Shown here piece after piece: positions 30,901-39,247 of a stretch of 64,000 bases of DNA. Source of the DNA: Gammaproteobacteria bacterium (lineage in GTDB: Bacteria > Pseudomonadota > Gammaproteobacteria > UBA4575); the NCBI GenBank assembly GCA_963422595.1, contig OY730298.1, positions 90,512-154,511 of the forward strand. Reading direction: 5' to 3'. Position 1 is the stretch's first letter. Each line of letters starts with the position of its first letter. The notes beneath the pieces were generated by a model. That model did no database searches. It was not told the DNA's origin and saw nothing but the letters and a program-made list of their open reading frames with translations. The position numbers were made by a program, and so were the translations under genes.

Positions 30901-30976
30901 CACTTGGATTTTGATCGGGCTCGGCGCCGGAGCGGTCAATCTGCAGGTGGTGAACAGCCGCCAGCAGGCGCCTTGA
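26471..30976 (+). CDS. Giant plant-type leucine-rich-repeat protein with C-terminal Wzy_C TM helices (continuation of the 25152 gene in another frame)
   Basis: 1,501 aa. Repeated modules consist of a Cys-containing cap ('LCLPL.HVGEGLLSDCETLLAARDVLAGNATLDWKRSRPIAAWQGVAIG') followed by 24-residue LRRs ('LxxLxxLxLxxNxLSGxIPPELGxL'). The C-terminus 'PRSTHNLFLQVGVQTGIFGLGALALLCVSLIF...' carries the HNxxL...G..G motif and final TM helices of the O-antigen ligase/Wzy_C family. The reading frame is open upstream of 26471 back to the frameshift site. Confidence 0.75.
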   Translation: MLALNDNALSGPVPPQLGALENLEELRLRGNRLSGEVPLELANLTNLSLLRLAGNDFTGTPPPTLHDTADHDLDQDSLCLPLLHVGEGLLSDCETLLAARDVLAGNATLDWKRSRPIAAWQGVAIGKTSGGIRVVRLDLTDLGLSGSIPPELGGLDQLMSLRLAGNWLTGSIPPELGELMRLRELRLANNRLSGDIPPELGWPFGLSILRLAGNDFTSDLPATLDHVGEHDWGLELFCLPAGKAGIPSPGISTAMLEDCTVLLEVQDVLAGEAMLNWKQSRPIGTWQGVKVGGAPPRVVAINIHERGLRGVIPPALGQLDKLESLRLSNNALTGLIPPELGRLRNLRVLALNDNALSGPVPPQLGALENLEELWLRSNRLSGEVPLELANLTNLSLLRLAGNDFTGTPPPALHDTADHDLDQDSLCLPLSHVGEGLLSDCETLLAARDVLAGNATLDWKRSRPIAAWQGVAIGKTPGGIRVVGLDLTDLRLSGSIPPALGKLAYLKELWLNDNELSGDIPSELAMLSNLSSLRLAGNELSGTALRDVAAHDLDRDLRCRHAAPRSNPGLVHDCAVLLSARDVLAGAASLNWDDSMPLEYWEGVVLDGVPARVTGLILPEKGLSGRIPPTLSELDRLAVLRIHRNRFTGAIPPELGRLTHLRELVLASNVLSGPIPPQLGDLERLTLLHLYGNRLSGPIPPELGKLRSLRGLSLASNRLTGPIPVEVGRLANLKWLNLQFNRLSGSILPTLRRLEKLESIKLSHNDFVDAVPEDSRRDNVDPESAAPALAGRHDPGLSSPTSLQNNPDLLADRAILLSAQDVLAGAASLNWDDSIPLEYWEGVMLDGVPTRVTGLNLPEKGLSGRIPPQLGELNRLASLRLHRNQLTGDISPELGKLANLRELALGFNALSGTIPPQLGDLEQLTLLHLHRNRLTGPIPQELARLTSLRTLTLDSNALSGEVPPQLAKLPNLGELWLDGSQLDLPLELATFNESPTLGPNGSSAAITTAPRVDPDLLCPSADGDGLGDDCAALLTARDALDGDSTLNWNRVTPVGAWQGVRLGGQPPRVFAVDLSQAGLSGHVPAELGRLEMLVWLDLDGNALTGSIPSELRKLANLRRLDLDGNALTGPIPPELGGMLNLEELSLRGNRLTGHVPPELGALPKLLTLRLGGNEFSGCLPWELQDMADRELELDLLCSPSMVSGRGLYEDVIALMEMRDILAGSIRLNWSYASPISAWEGVTVSPVRPAGRGARAGAAAQETKRVVGLDLSGMGLDGRLPAELAELDQLIWLRLNDNRLTGAIPPELGRLVELRELALDSNVLTGTIPPQLGRLANLSELWLGHNRLTGAIPPELAALDTLWILRLGGNELQDNSPDKEFPTWNKAVKIVNKAIDPSAPGGIPRSTHNLFLQVGVQTGIFGLGALALLCVSLIFNLRTRRGKKVTPVQCFAAACTTIILVHNTFEVFLLQNLFTIGCVTWILIGLGAGAVNLQVVNSRQQAP

Positions 30977-31222
30977 TGCCTGACTGCGGGGCTGCAAATT
31001 GATAAGGATGAGATGTTTTCGTTCTTCAGCCGGGTTCTGTTCCCCATGTCCGTCCTTAATAATAGGACTGAAGATGATAGCAGGGGAAAGCAGACGCGAG
31101 GCACTACCTGATACCCGGCAGATCAGTTGGTCGTATGAAAACATTGTAACGGGTCGGCCCGCAGATTCATTTTGCATGTGGATATTGGAGAGTGTCAAAC
31201 CGCCGCAGATTTTTCCGGCACT

Positions 31223-32644
31223 ATGAACGCGAAAACTGACCCGGCCGGTGTTGAGGCCACGTCATCGAATGAGCACGGCTGCGCGGCTGTGCCTGACGTG
31301 CCATTGCCCGGTAGTGGCAGCGGGCGCGCGGCGCATGAGGTTGCCCAAGTGTTTGGTACCCGGATTGGGGTGTACGGCATCGGTATTCTCGGCCAGAGCT
31401 TGCTGGCATACCTGCTGTTGCCTGCCGGTCGCGGTGAATATGCGGTGTGCGTGGCATTCGGTAGCCTGCTCGGTGTGCTGTTCCCGATCAGTGCCGCCTA
31501 CGGCGCTCAGTATTACACGGTGTCGGGGCGGATTAGCCTGTCGAAGTGTCTGTGCGGGGCAGTCGGCGTGTGCCTGGCCGGTAGTGTAGTGGCTGCGGTG
31601 GTGGCACTGCCGCTTATTTATAGCGGTACGACTTTTTTCCGCAAGGCGGACCCGGCTGCGTTCCAACTGGCCTTGTGGCTGGTGCCACTCATTTCGGTCT
31701 CCAGCGTGGCGGAGCTGCAGCTCGCTGGGCTCAGACGCTTCATGCCGTTGGCAGGGTTTTTACTGCTTCAGTCCGTTACTATGGTGTTGGGGATATTGGT
31801 GCTGGCGTGGAAGCTGGATGCGGGGGTGAATGGCGCACTGCTGGCACTGATTGCGGGCTATGTGGTGAAATTGGCGTGCTGCATTGGGTATCTGCACAAA
31901 GCATGTGGTCTGCGGTTCGAGTTGCCGTCTGCCGCGGAGCTTCGCCGTATCGTCGGGTACGGCCTGCGCTATCACGTCGCACAAGTGGGAAACGACGTGG
32001 AACCGCGCATCGGTGTATTCGTGCTGGGGACGTTGGCCGGACGCGCCGATATCGGACTGTTCGCGGCCGCCAGTACAATCATGCTGCGCCTCGGCTATTT
32101 GCTGAGCGCGGTGGCACCGGTGCTGTATCCGCGCGTGGCCAGGAACCCGGCGAGGTCAATGGAGGCAATCGGGTGTTCCTTGCGCCTGATTTGCCTGACC
32201 ACCGCCGGCGCGGTCGCAGCATTTCTCGCTATCTGCGAGCCTGTCGTCCGCATCCTGCTGTCCGAGGCATTTATGCCTACGGTGCCGCTGCTGTGGATTA
32301 TGGCACCGGGCGTTGTCGCCTATGCCGGGGCGAACGTGTTCATCGCTTATTTCACGGGCAGTGACCGTCCCGGGATCTGTTCCTCGGCTTTGTGGCTGAG
32401 TCTGACCGTTAACATCGCTGCTTCCCTGGTGTTGTATCCGATGCTCGGCATCCGCAGCGTCGCCTGGGCGATGACCGCAGGGCTGTTTGCCCGAGGCGTG
32501 TTTCTCGCCGTTACGTTTCACCGCACCACCGGCTTGTCCTGGCGGTCTCTGTGGCTGCCGCGACGCGGCGACGCGAGCTTTTTGTGGGGGCTGGTGCGCT
32601 CTATGCTGGCACGTGGGGGCAGAAAATTTCCAATCAGGAGATAG
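31223..32644 (+). CDS. wzx: Wzx-like polysaccharide flippase (MOP/PST family)
   Basis: About 470 aa with roughly 12-14 predicted TM helices and a polysaccharide-biosynthesis-protein-like profile, adjacent to Wzy and Wzz. The start was moved to the ATG at 'MNAKTD'. Confidence 0.65.
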   Translation: MNAKTDPAGVEATSSNEHGCAAVPDVPLPGSGSGRAAHEVAQVFGTRIGVYGIGILGQSLLAYLLLPAGRGEYAVCVAFGSLLGVLFPISAAYGAQYYTVSGRISLSKCLCGAVGVCLAGSVVAAVVALPLIYSGTTFFRKADPAAFQLALWLVPLISVSSVAELQLAGLRRFMPLAGFLLLQSVTMVLGILVLAWKLDAGVNGALLALIAGYVVKLACCIGYLHKACGLRFELPSAAELRRIVGYGLRYHVAQVGNDVEPRIGVFVLGTLAGRADIGLFAAASTIMLRLGYLLSAVAPVLYPRVARNPARSMEAIGCSLRLICLTTAGAVAAFLAICEPVVRILLSEAFMPTVPLLWIMAPGVVAYAGANVFIAYFTGSDRPGICSSALWLSLTVNIAASLVLYPMLGIRSVAWAMTAGLFARGVFLAVTFHRTTGLSWRSLWLPRRGDASFLWGLVRSMLARGGRKFPIRR

Positions 32645-32793
32645 AAAATCAGCTTGAAATTGCACAGTTTTGTAGCGTATCTGAAGGTGGTTGTTGCGTG
32701 GGGCGGTGTACTCGAACTCGTCGGGCACAAAAAGGCGGTTGCTGGAAGGACAACTCTGTATTGACGGTTCTGCGCGAGTGCCAAACACCAGGG

Positions 32794-32823
32794 GATTGCC
32801 TGCACAATGCAAAATGGCATAAT
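32794..32823 (+). promoter_or_regulatory. Candidate sigma70-like promoter (TTGCCT-16nt-CATAAT) upstream of the canonical wzy-like gene
   Basis: 'TTGCCTgcacaatgcaaaatggCATAATcacg' sits in the AT-richer 240-bp gap between wzx and wzy. Pattern match only. Confidence 0.25.
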
Positions 32824-32886
32824 CACGTGGCTGCGAACTTGAGGATATGCGCTTGAATCTGTGCTGGAAACGGATTCTGCGTCCAA

Positions 32887-34296
32887 TTGAACAACTGCTC
32901 ACGCAGAGGCAACCGATGGGAAATGAACAAGTTGTTGTGCGAACATACCAGAGAGCGAATGAGTATGACGCCTGGTAACCGGCGGCCGGTAAATCTGTCA
33001 ATACATGTGGCATTCTGGCTGATGGCGGCTATGCTGTTGCTTAACGTGGTCTGGATTCCGACGCTGATTGGACTCGGTAGAGCGGTGAGCTGGCTTGTTG
33101 CGCTGCCGCTGCTGCTCAGCCAGATGTTCCTGGTCAGTCTTGCCTTTCGCCTTCCGCTACGGCGGGCGATGGGTAGCGCCGGCTTCCTTATCGTGGCCGC
33201 GCTGGCATACTACTTTTTCATCGGCTCGTCTATGGCCATCGGCACGGTACCGTACCCGTTTGAGAGTATGCTGAAAATTATTTACTCTGCCATGGCCGTG
33301 GTGGCAGCGGCGGTGGGCAGTTCGCTGGTGCTGAGACAAACCGGAATTGACGGGCTGGTTACCGGAATGCTGGCACTGCTTGGCGTGACGTGCACACTCA
33401 TTATCGCGTCGCCGCTGCTCAGGAACGTGTTCTCATTTCAGCATCAGGATTTCTTTGATCAGTTCTTCGGGGTTTTCATGGACCCGAATGACGCGGGCTA
33501 CATGGGTTGTCTGGCGGCGGTGCTGGCCCTGGCGTCGCTCACTCCGCATAGCCGATGCCGAAAGCTGGCAGCCGCGGTGCTGATGCTAAGTGTGGTGGCC
33601 ACGATTTTGACCAATTCGAGGAGCGCGATCGTTACGCTTGGGCTGACACTGTTCTTTTTTCTGCCGTCTCTATACCGTGCCTTGAGGGCATTTTGGCCAG
33701 CTATCGTGGGTGTAGTGATCGGTATGACCCTGCTGGTGGCCAACGTTCTCGACTTTGCGTCATTGTTCTCGGAAAAGAATATCCGCAGGTTTACGCAGAT
33801 GACGCAGCCTTTTGAAGCAAATGTCCTCGAAGATAGCCGCTTGTTCCTGTGGCGAATCGCGCTGCCACAAATTGCGGAGGCGCCTGTTCTTGGCGGCGGT
33901 TTGGGAAAGATGCAGTACCTCGACGGCACCATTTGCGGCGGTTCGATCTACGCCGTTTGCGGAGTGCATAATACGTACCTATTGCTGTTGGGAGAGGCGG
34001 GCATGGTTGCGCTGACGCTGTTTCTGCTATTTCTCGCTACCTTGTTGTGGCAACGCTGGCGGTGGGGAGCTTCCATCGCCACTAACGTGGCCGCTGGTTG
34101 GACGCTGGTGCTCGCCGTTAATGCCATGATGTTTCACCATTTGCTGAGTACGCTATGGTGTGGCTTCGTTATCGGCGTGAGTTGCGCAATGGCAGCATAC
34201 GCCGCTGAGACTGTGTCCGCTCCGACTAAAGTTGACCTGATGCAGCCGAGTCCCCGTGGCGGGACAGGCTTGTCAACCCCGGGAGGCCACACGTAG
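32887..34296 (+). CDS. wzy: Canonical O-antigen polymerase/ligase family protein (Wzy_C)
   Basis: 'LTNSRSAIVTLGLTLFFF' and 'RLFLWRIALPQIAEAPVLGGGLGKMQ...VHNTYLLLLGEAGMVAL' are Wzy_C hallmark motifs. Polytopic. Confidence 0.7.
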   Translation: MNNCSRRGNRWEMNKLLCEHTRERMSMTPGNRRPVNLSIHVAFWLMAAMLLLNVVWIPTLIGLGRAVSWLVALPLLLSQMFLVSLAFRLPLRRAMGSAGFLIVAALAYYFFIGSSMAIGTVPYPFESMLKIIYSAMAVVAAAVGSSLVLRQTGIDGLVTGMLALLGVTCTLIIASPLLRNVFSFQHQDFFDQFFGVFMDPNDAGYMGCLAAVLALASLTPHSRCRKLAAAVLMLSVVATILTNSRSAIVTLGLTLFFFLPSLYRALRAFWPAIVGVVIGMTLLVANVLDFASLFSEKNIRRFTQMTQPFEANVLEDSRLFLWRIALPQIAEAPVLGGGLGKMQYLDGTICGGSIYAVCGVHNTYLLLLGEAGMVALTLFLLFLATLLWQRWRWGASIATNVAAGWTLVLAVNAMMFHHLLSTLWCGFVIGVSCAMAAYAAETVSAPTKVDLMQPSPRGGTGLSTPGGHT

Positions 34297-35706
34297 CGTG
34301 AGAAACGGCCTCACCCCCAGGGAATCGAGGAATAACGCGCCGCCCATCGCCACAATTAACCCAAAGACGCCGGCAAGGATTGCATAGATGAGAAGTGCAA
34401 TGGCCTTCATGTCAGGAGTGAGTACCGCGTTGGATGCCATACGAAGCGTCAGGTTAGCGGCGGCATCTTCAACGACCATCTCTACGGATTCATTTTCCAG
34501 GTTAACCAACGCTTCCTCCAAACGGTCTCGATTCCCGGCCAGTCGTCTGCGTTCGGTACTCACCTCTTCCTTTCTACGTTGCATCTCCTGAAGGTCATTC
34601 TCCAACTTTGAAATACGTTGTGAGAACAGCCCTTCGGCCAAGGCTAAACCTGATAATTCGGAGTTCCCGTTACCGGACAGGCCGTCGGAGAAATTGGCGA
34701 TTTCTGCTTCGATTTGCTGGATTTGGCTTTGCAACATTTGAATGAAGGCATCAACATCGGCCCGCTGGTCGGCCACGTTGTCGTGCATCGCGTCCAGGTC
34801 GTCGAACGCAAACTCCCAGTTATCGTAACCAGAGGCAGAATAAGTGAACGCCCGGGTCTTGAGCAGCAGGATTGCCAACCCGTTCGACCTGACACCTGTT
34901 TCGTCTGCACTCCTGATTTGCTTGCGAAGTCCACGCGCGTCGTTGAGAAGCCCATGGAGTAGCCGCCAGCGATTAAAGATGTCAGTGCGACTTAAGCGTT
35001 GCGTTTCCGCGACCTCTTCAATCTCTTGTGTCTTTTCCTCTATCTGCCGATCAATCCTGTTGATTTCATTGCGGGTGATATGCTCTTTCAGTTTCGACTG
35101 GGCAAGCGTGTATTCGTCCAGTATACGGGTTATCCCCTGCATGACCGCACTGTGCCTTTCCCGCGACGAAATCCACACGAGATTCACCTCGCGAACATAT
35201 TCCTCACCCCAGGTATCGGCAATGCTCAGTGCCTTCTCTGGTGAGTCGGCGGTCACCTTAATACTGATCAAGTCACTAAGATTTTGTCTGCTTTGGGCGC
35301 CGGACAGATAGGCAGAAACAGAGCTCATCAGCCAAGTCATATTACGTTCTTCTGCATCCAACTGTCCGCCAATGCGTTTAAGCACGGCCGTGGCTACCTT
35401 GCCGTTGTAGACGAGACCAAGCATAGCAGCCTGCCTGGAAGTAATGGCGGGAAGCCCTTCCAGTTCCGAGGTTTTTGAAACAATCAGTACCGTAGCTATA
35501 GCCGTATAGCTGGGACTTAATAAGTGCTGGTAGCTCCAGGATATGGCAAAGGTGAGTGCCGTAACCAGAACAAAAACCAAGCTAAACTCCCGCCACCAGG
35601 AGAATAACCTGATCAGGTGTCGACGAAGGTCGATTTTATCGGGCCAGGCAGATTCGCGCGGGCGCAACGGTCGTTGCGGGGAAGTAGTCTCTGTTGTTTC
35701 AGCCAT
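34273..35706 (-). CDS. wzz: Polysaccharide co-polymerase / chain-length determinant (Wzz/PCP family)
   Basis: An N-terminal TM helix ('LVFVLVTALTFAISW'), a long coiled-coil periplasmic region and a C-terminal TM helix ('IALLIYAILAGVFGLIVAMGGALFL') give the PCP topology. Confidence 0.7.
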   Translation of the reverse strand: MAETTETTSPQRPLRPRESAWPDKIDLRRHLIRLFSWWREFSLVFVLVTALTFAISWSYQHLLSPSYTAIATVLIVSKTSELEGLPAITSRQAAMLGLVYNGKVATAVLKRIGGQLDAEERNMTWLMSSVSAYLSGAQSRQNLSDLISIKVTADSPEKALSIADTWGEEYVREVNLVWISSRERHSAVMQGITRILDEYTLAQSKLKEHITRNEINRIDRQIEEKTQEIEEVAETQRLSRTDIFNRWRLLHGLLNDARGLRKQIRSADETGVRSNGLAILLLKTRAFTYSASGYDNWEFAFDDLDAMHDNVADQRADVDAFIQMLQSQIQQIEAEIANFSDGLSGNGNSELSGLALAEGLFSQRISKLENDLQEMQRRKEEVSTERRRLAGNRDRLEEALVNLENESVEMVVEDAAANLTLRMASNAVLTPDMKAIALLIYAILAGVFGLIVAMGGALFLDSLGVRPFLTLRVASRG

Positions 35707-35789
35707 AATCAGGAATTATACACGGGATGATAGTCCCGTTGCACAGATTTTGTCTTGCAGAACGGGTTTCGCCGACGTAGGTCTGGCGT

Positions 35790-37673
35790 TCAGTTGGCGA
35801 TTTCATTAATCATTTGATTGAGTCTGTTTATGAAAGCAGCCGGGTCTTCAAGCTGCCCCCCTTCTGCAAGGATGGCCTGATCAAATAAGATTTTTGCCCA
35901 GTCTGTAAATCGGTCTTCAATGCGTTCGCTTGCCATGCGTTTGACCAGGGCGTGGGCCGGATTGATCTCTAAAACCGGCCTGGTGGATGGCAGATCATGC
36001 CCGGCCTGCTTCATTAAACGTTGCATGTAGAGTGCCATGTCATGCTCATTTAAGACAATGCACGCGGGAGAGGTGGTGAGTCGGCGCGAGACGCGCACGT
36101 CTTCAACCTGATGTTGTAGTACTTTTTTGATACGTTCGAGCAGGTGTTTGGCTTGCTGGTGTTGCACTTGTTGGTCTGCTTCGCCACTTATCCCGCCAAG
36201 GTGCAACTCACCTTTGGCAATTGAGGCGAAGGATTTTTCCTGATACTCGGTCAGATGGCTCATTAACCATTCGTCGACGCGATCAATCAATAATAACACT
36301 TCGATATTTTTAGCGCGAAAGATCTCCAGATGGGGACTGTTGTTGGCGGCAGCGTAGTTGTCCGCAGTGATGTAGTAAATTTTATCTTGCCCGGGCTGCA
36401 TGCGAGTGACGTAGTCGTCCAATGAGACATTTTGTATATCGTCATCGTTACGTGTCGAAGCAAATCTTAGTAATTTGGCAATTTTTTCTTTATTCGCAAA
36501 ATCTTCTGCAGGGCCTTCCTTTAGAACTTTGCCAAATACAGACCAGAATTGTTGGTATTTTTCTGCCTTGTCTGTGGCCATGCCGGCAAGCAGGCTGAGA
36601 ATTTTCTTTACGGAACCGGAGCGAACGTTGTCGATGATTTTATTGCTTTGTAAAATCTCTCGTGAAATATTAAGCGGCAGGTCGTTGGAGTCGATAACAC
36701 CGCGCACGAAGCGTAAATAACGCGGCAATAATTCTTTTATGCCATCCATAATAAACACGCGCTGCACATAGAGTTTGATACCGTAGGTCGGGTTTGGCTC
36801 AAACAGGTCAAACGGGGCTTGCTCAGGAATGTATAGCAGTGAGGTGTATTCGGTTTTCCCTTCGACGCGATGGTGCGTCCAAGCTAACGGATCGGCAGGG
36901 TCGTGCCCCACGTGTTTATAGAATTGTTTGTATTGGTCATCACTAATCTCGCGCTTAGGCCGTGTCCATAGTGCCGAGGCCTGATTTACGGTTTGCCAGG
37001 TTGCGGTAGGCTGACCTTTGTCATTTTCTTCGCGCATTTCAATCGGCAGGGGTATATGGTCGGAGTATTTGGTAAGAATTGAACGCAAACGCCAGCCATT
37101 AAGCAGTTCATGCTCTGCTTTTTTAAGGTGCAGCGTTACTTCGGTGCCACGCTTATGTCGTTCTACAGGTTGCAGGGTGTAGGTGCCGGTGCCATCAGAC
37201 TCCCAACGTGTGGCCTGATCCTGGCTCTGACCAGCTCTGCGGGTAATCAGCGTAACCCGGTCGGCAACGATAAACGCCGAATAAAATCCAACCCCAAATT
37301 GGCCAATGAGGTGGGCGTCTTTGCTCTGATCTCCAGTTAATCGTTGAAGAAATTCTTTGCTGCCAGACTTGGCGATGGTGCCAATATTTTGAATAACCTC
37401 GTCACGACTCATGCCAATACCGTTGTCGCGCACGGTGATGACGTGATCGTGTTTGTCAAACTCGACTTGTATTTTAAGTTCGGTGTCTTTGCTTAGTAAT
37501 GAGTTGTCCGAGATGGCTTCAAAACGTAGTTTGTCACATGCGTCTGAGGCGTTAGAGATTAGTTCACGTAAAAATATTTCTTTATTTGAGTACAGGGAGT
37601 GAATCATTAAGTGTAGAAGCTGCGCGACTTCTGTTTCAAATTGTAAGGTTTGTTTGTTGGTTTTGGTGCTCAT
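35790..37673 (-). CDS. htpG: Chaperone HtpG (Hsp90)
   Basis: 'FETEVAQLLHLMIHSLYSNKEIFLRELISNASDACDKLR' is the GHKL ATPase N-terminus of HtpG. 627 aa. Confidence 0.95.
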   Translation of the reverse strand: MSTKTNKQTLQFETEVAQLLHLMIHSLYSNKEIFLRELISNASDACDKLRFEAISDNSLLSKDTELKIQVEFDKHDHVITVRDNGIGMSRDEVIQNIGTIAKSGSKEFLQRLTGDQSKDAHLIGQFGVGFYSAFIVADRVTLITRRAGQSQDQATRWESDGTGTYTLQPVERHKRGTEVTLHLKKAEHELLNGWRLRSILTKYSDHIPLPIEMREENDKGQPTATWQTVNQASALWTRPKREISDDQYKQFYKHVGHDPADPLAWTHHRVEGKTEYTSLLYIPEQAPFDLFEPNPTYGIKLYVQRVFIMDGIKELLPRYLRFVRGVIDSNDLPLNISREILQSNKIIDNVRSGSVKKILSLLAGMATDKAEKYQQFWSVFGKVLKEGPAEDFANKEKIAKLLRFASTRNDDDIQNVSLDDYVTRMQPGQDKIYYITADNYAAANNSPHLEIFRAKNIEVLLLIDRVDEWLMSHLTEYQEKSFASIAKGELHLGGISGEADQQVQHQQAKHLLERIKKVLQHQVEDVRVSRRLTTSPACIVLNEHDMALYMQRLMKQAGHDLPSTRPVLEINPAHALVKRMASERIEDRFTDWAKILFDQAILAEGGQLEDPAAFINRLNQMINEIAN

Positions 37674-37839
37674 GGTTTATTCACGGGTTTCCGTCTTTAA
37701 ATAATTAACGGTTGATGTTTCCTTCGACTTGCAGCGATAGGGCTTCACACGCGACCAAAAGGATGAATTGGTCAGGTCTTGTAGTGTGGCGCGAATATCT
37801 TTGCTGCCGTTGTCTGCCATTATTATCTTCCGATGATGA

Positions 37840-38544
37840 TTATTTTAGGGTCGATTTTTGAAAAATAAAGTCTTCCAGAAGTTTTTTTAGTATGTTACCG
37901 GCATGCCGAAATTTGTCAGCCGATGCCAGTATTTTATCTACACTTTGAGTATATGGGCCGGATTTTTCAAGCTTGCCAGAGGCCTGATATATAGCCCGGA
38001 CATGAGTTGGCAGTAGCTCAAGGTGAAATTGCAGGCCGAGCGTGGTGTCTCCATAAATAAAGGCTTGATTCGCGCACCCTTCACTGACTAAAAAATTGGT
38101 CGCTCCAGATGGAGTTTCAAAGGTGTCCTGATGCCAATGCAGGGCGTCAAAGCTGGCGGGAAGGCTTTGTAGACGTTCATTCGGTAGCCGGTTAACCCGC
38201 TTAACCGGGAACCAGCCGATCTCTGTATGCAGGTTTTGAGTTACTGCCGCACCTAAAACATCGGCGATCAGCTGTGCGCCCAGGCAGACTCCTAAAACCG
38301 GTACTTGCCGCCGCATAACGGAGGCAATAAACACTTTTTCTAAAGTTAACCATGGGTGTTGGTCTGCATGGTGCACGGACATGGGCCCACCCATAATAAT
38401 TAGTGCGTCCAGCTGGTGGATGGAGGGCAGGGGTTGTTCCCGATACATGCTGGTGTAAGATAGTTTGCAACCCTTGTCGAGCAGCATATTTTGCATGCAG
38501 CCTAAACCTTCATAGGGTACATGCTTCAGGTAGTGTATGTGCAC
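37840..38544 (-). CDS. Class I glutamine amidotransferase-like protein
   Basis: 'ALIIMGGPMSVHHADQHPWL...PVLGVCLGAQLIADVLG' is the GATase1 catalytic Cys region. Confidence 0.7.
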   Translation of the reverse strand: MHIHYLKHVPYEGLGCMQNMLLDKGCKLSYTSMYREQPLPSIHQLDALIIMGGPMSVHHADQHPWLTLEKVFIASVMRRQVPVLGVCLGAQLIADVLGAAVTQNLHTEIGWFPVKRVNRLPNERLQSLPASFDALHWHQDTFETPSGATNFLVSEGCANQAFIYGDTTLGLQFHLELLPTHVRAIYQASGKLEKSGPYTQSVDKILASADKFRHAGNILKKLLEDFIFQKSTLK

Positions 38545-38670
38545 GTGGTTGTATTGGCTATAGAGATGTTAAGCATGGATAAACAGGATTAAAATGTGTA
38601 TTACAAGATTAGTTTATGTACAGGCAAGAGGGGTTTTTCATGGGCTCGCTGATGACTGACGTGGCGTCAT

Positions 38671-39147
38671 TCAGGTGGCGCAACGATGTGCCTGTTCATG
38701 GTTTAGTAGCCATTGTTTGCGCGACACCAGGCTGCCATCGGTATCTCCCATAAATCCACCTGGCCCATTGATGCTGACGACACGATGACATGGAATAATC
38801 AGTAGTAGCCTGTTACGACGACAGGCATTGCCCACTGCACGCGGCGCGGAGTTGACGTTGCTGGCAATTTGACCATAGGTTTGGGTGCTGCCAAACGGTA
38901 CGTTGCTGATTTGTTGCCATACGCGCACTTGAAAATCTGTGCCGTTTGCAAATAAAAACGGTATATCAAACTTTTGCAAGTCACCAGCAAAGTAGGCTTG
39001 TAGCTGCCGGTCGATTTCTCTGGCGAAATATTCTTTGTTTGAGGTGGCGCATGGCGACGATATGAGTGGCTGCACTGCCAAGACCAAATCACTTGCATAG
39101 GTGACCGCTAATTTTCCTATTGGGGTTGCGGTGATAAGTTGACGCAC
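38671..39147 (-). CDS. ogt: Methylated-DNA-protein-cysteine methyltransferase
   Basis: 'LLLIIPCHRVVSINGPGGFMGD' is the MGMT PCHRV active site. The N-terminal part aligns to Ogt from 'VRQLITATPIGKLAV', probably a GTG start. The track ORF extends further upstream through a terminator hairpin and into rplS, so I shortened it. Confidence 0.65.
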   Translation of the reverse strand: MRQLITATPIGKLAVTYASDLVLAVQPLISSPCATSNKEYFAREIDRQLQAYFAGDLQKFDIPFLFANGTDFQVRVWQQISNVPFGSTQTYGQIASNVNSAPRAVGNACRRNRLLLIIPCHRVVSINGPGGFMGDTDGSLVSRKQWLLNHEQAHRCAT

Positions 39148-39184
39148 GTGTTTGCCAGTGATGCTGTGAGATAATAATTTTACC

Positions 39185-39220
39185 TTGTGAAAATAAAAGC
39201 GCCTCGTGTCACGAGGCGCT
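39185..39220 (-). terminator. Rho-independent terminator downstream of rplS
   Basis: A perfect 11-bp inverted repeat 'AGCGCCTCGTG/CACGAGGCGCT' is followed, on the minus strand, by 'TTTTATTTTCAC'. Confidence 0.6.
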
Positions 39221-39247
39221 GCGGCGAATATTTTTAACGGTGCGTAA

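Noticed and set aside
32156-33013. 285-aa minus-strand ORF spanning the wzx-wzy junction
   Set aside because: It overlaps two convincingly annotated plus-strand genes and the intergenic promoter region, and it has no recognisable domain. It is probably spurious.
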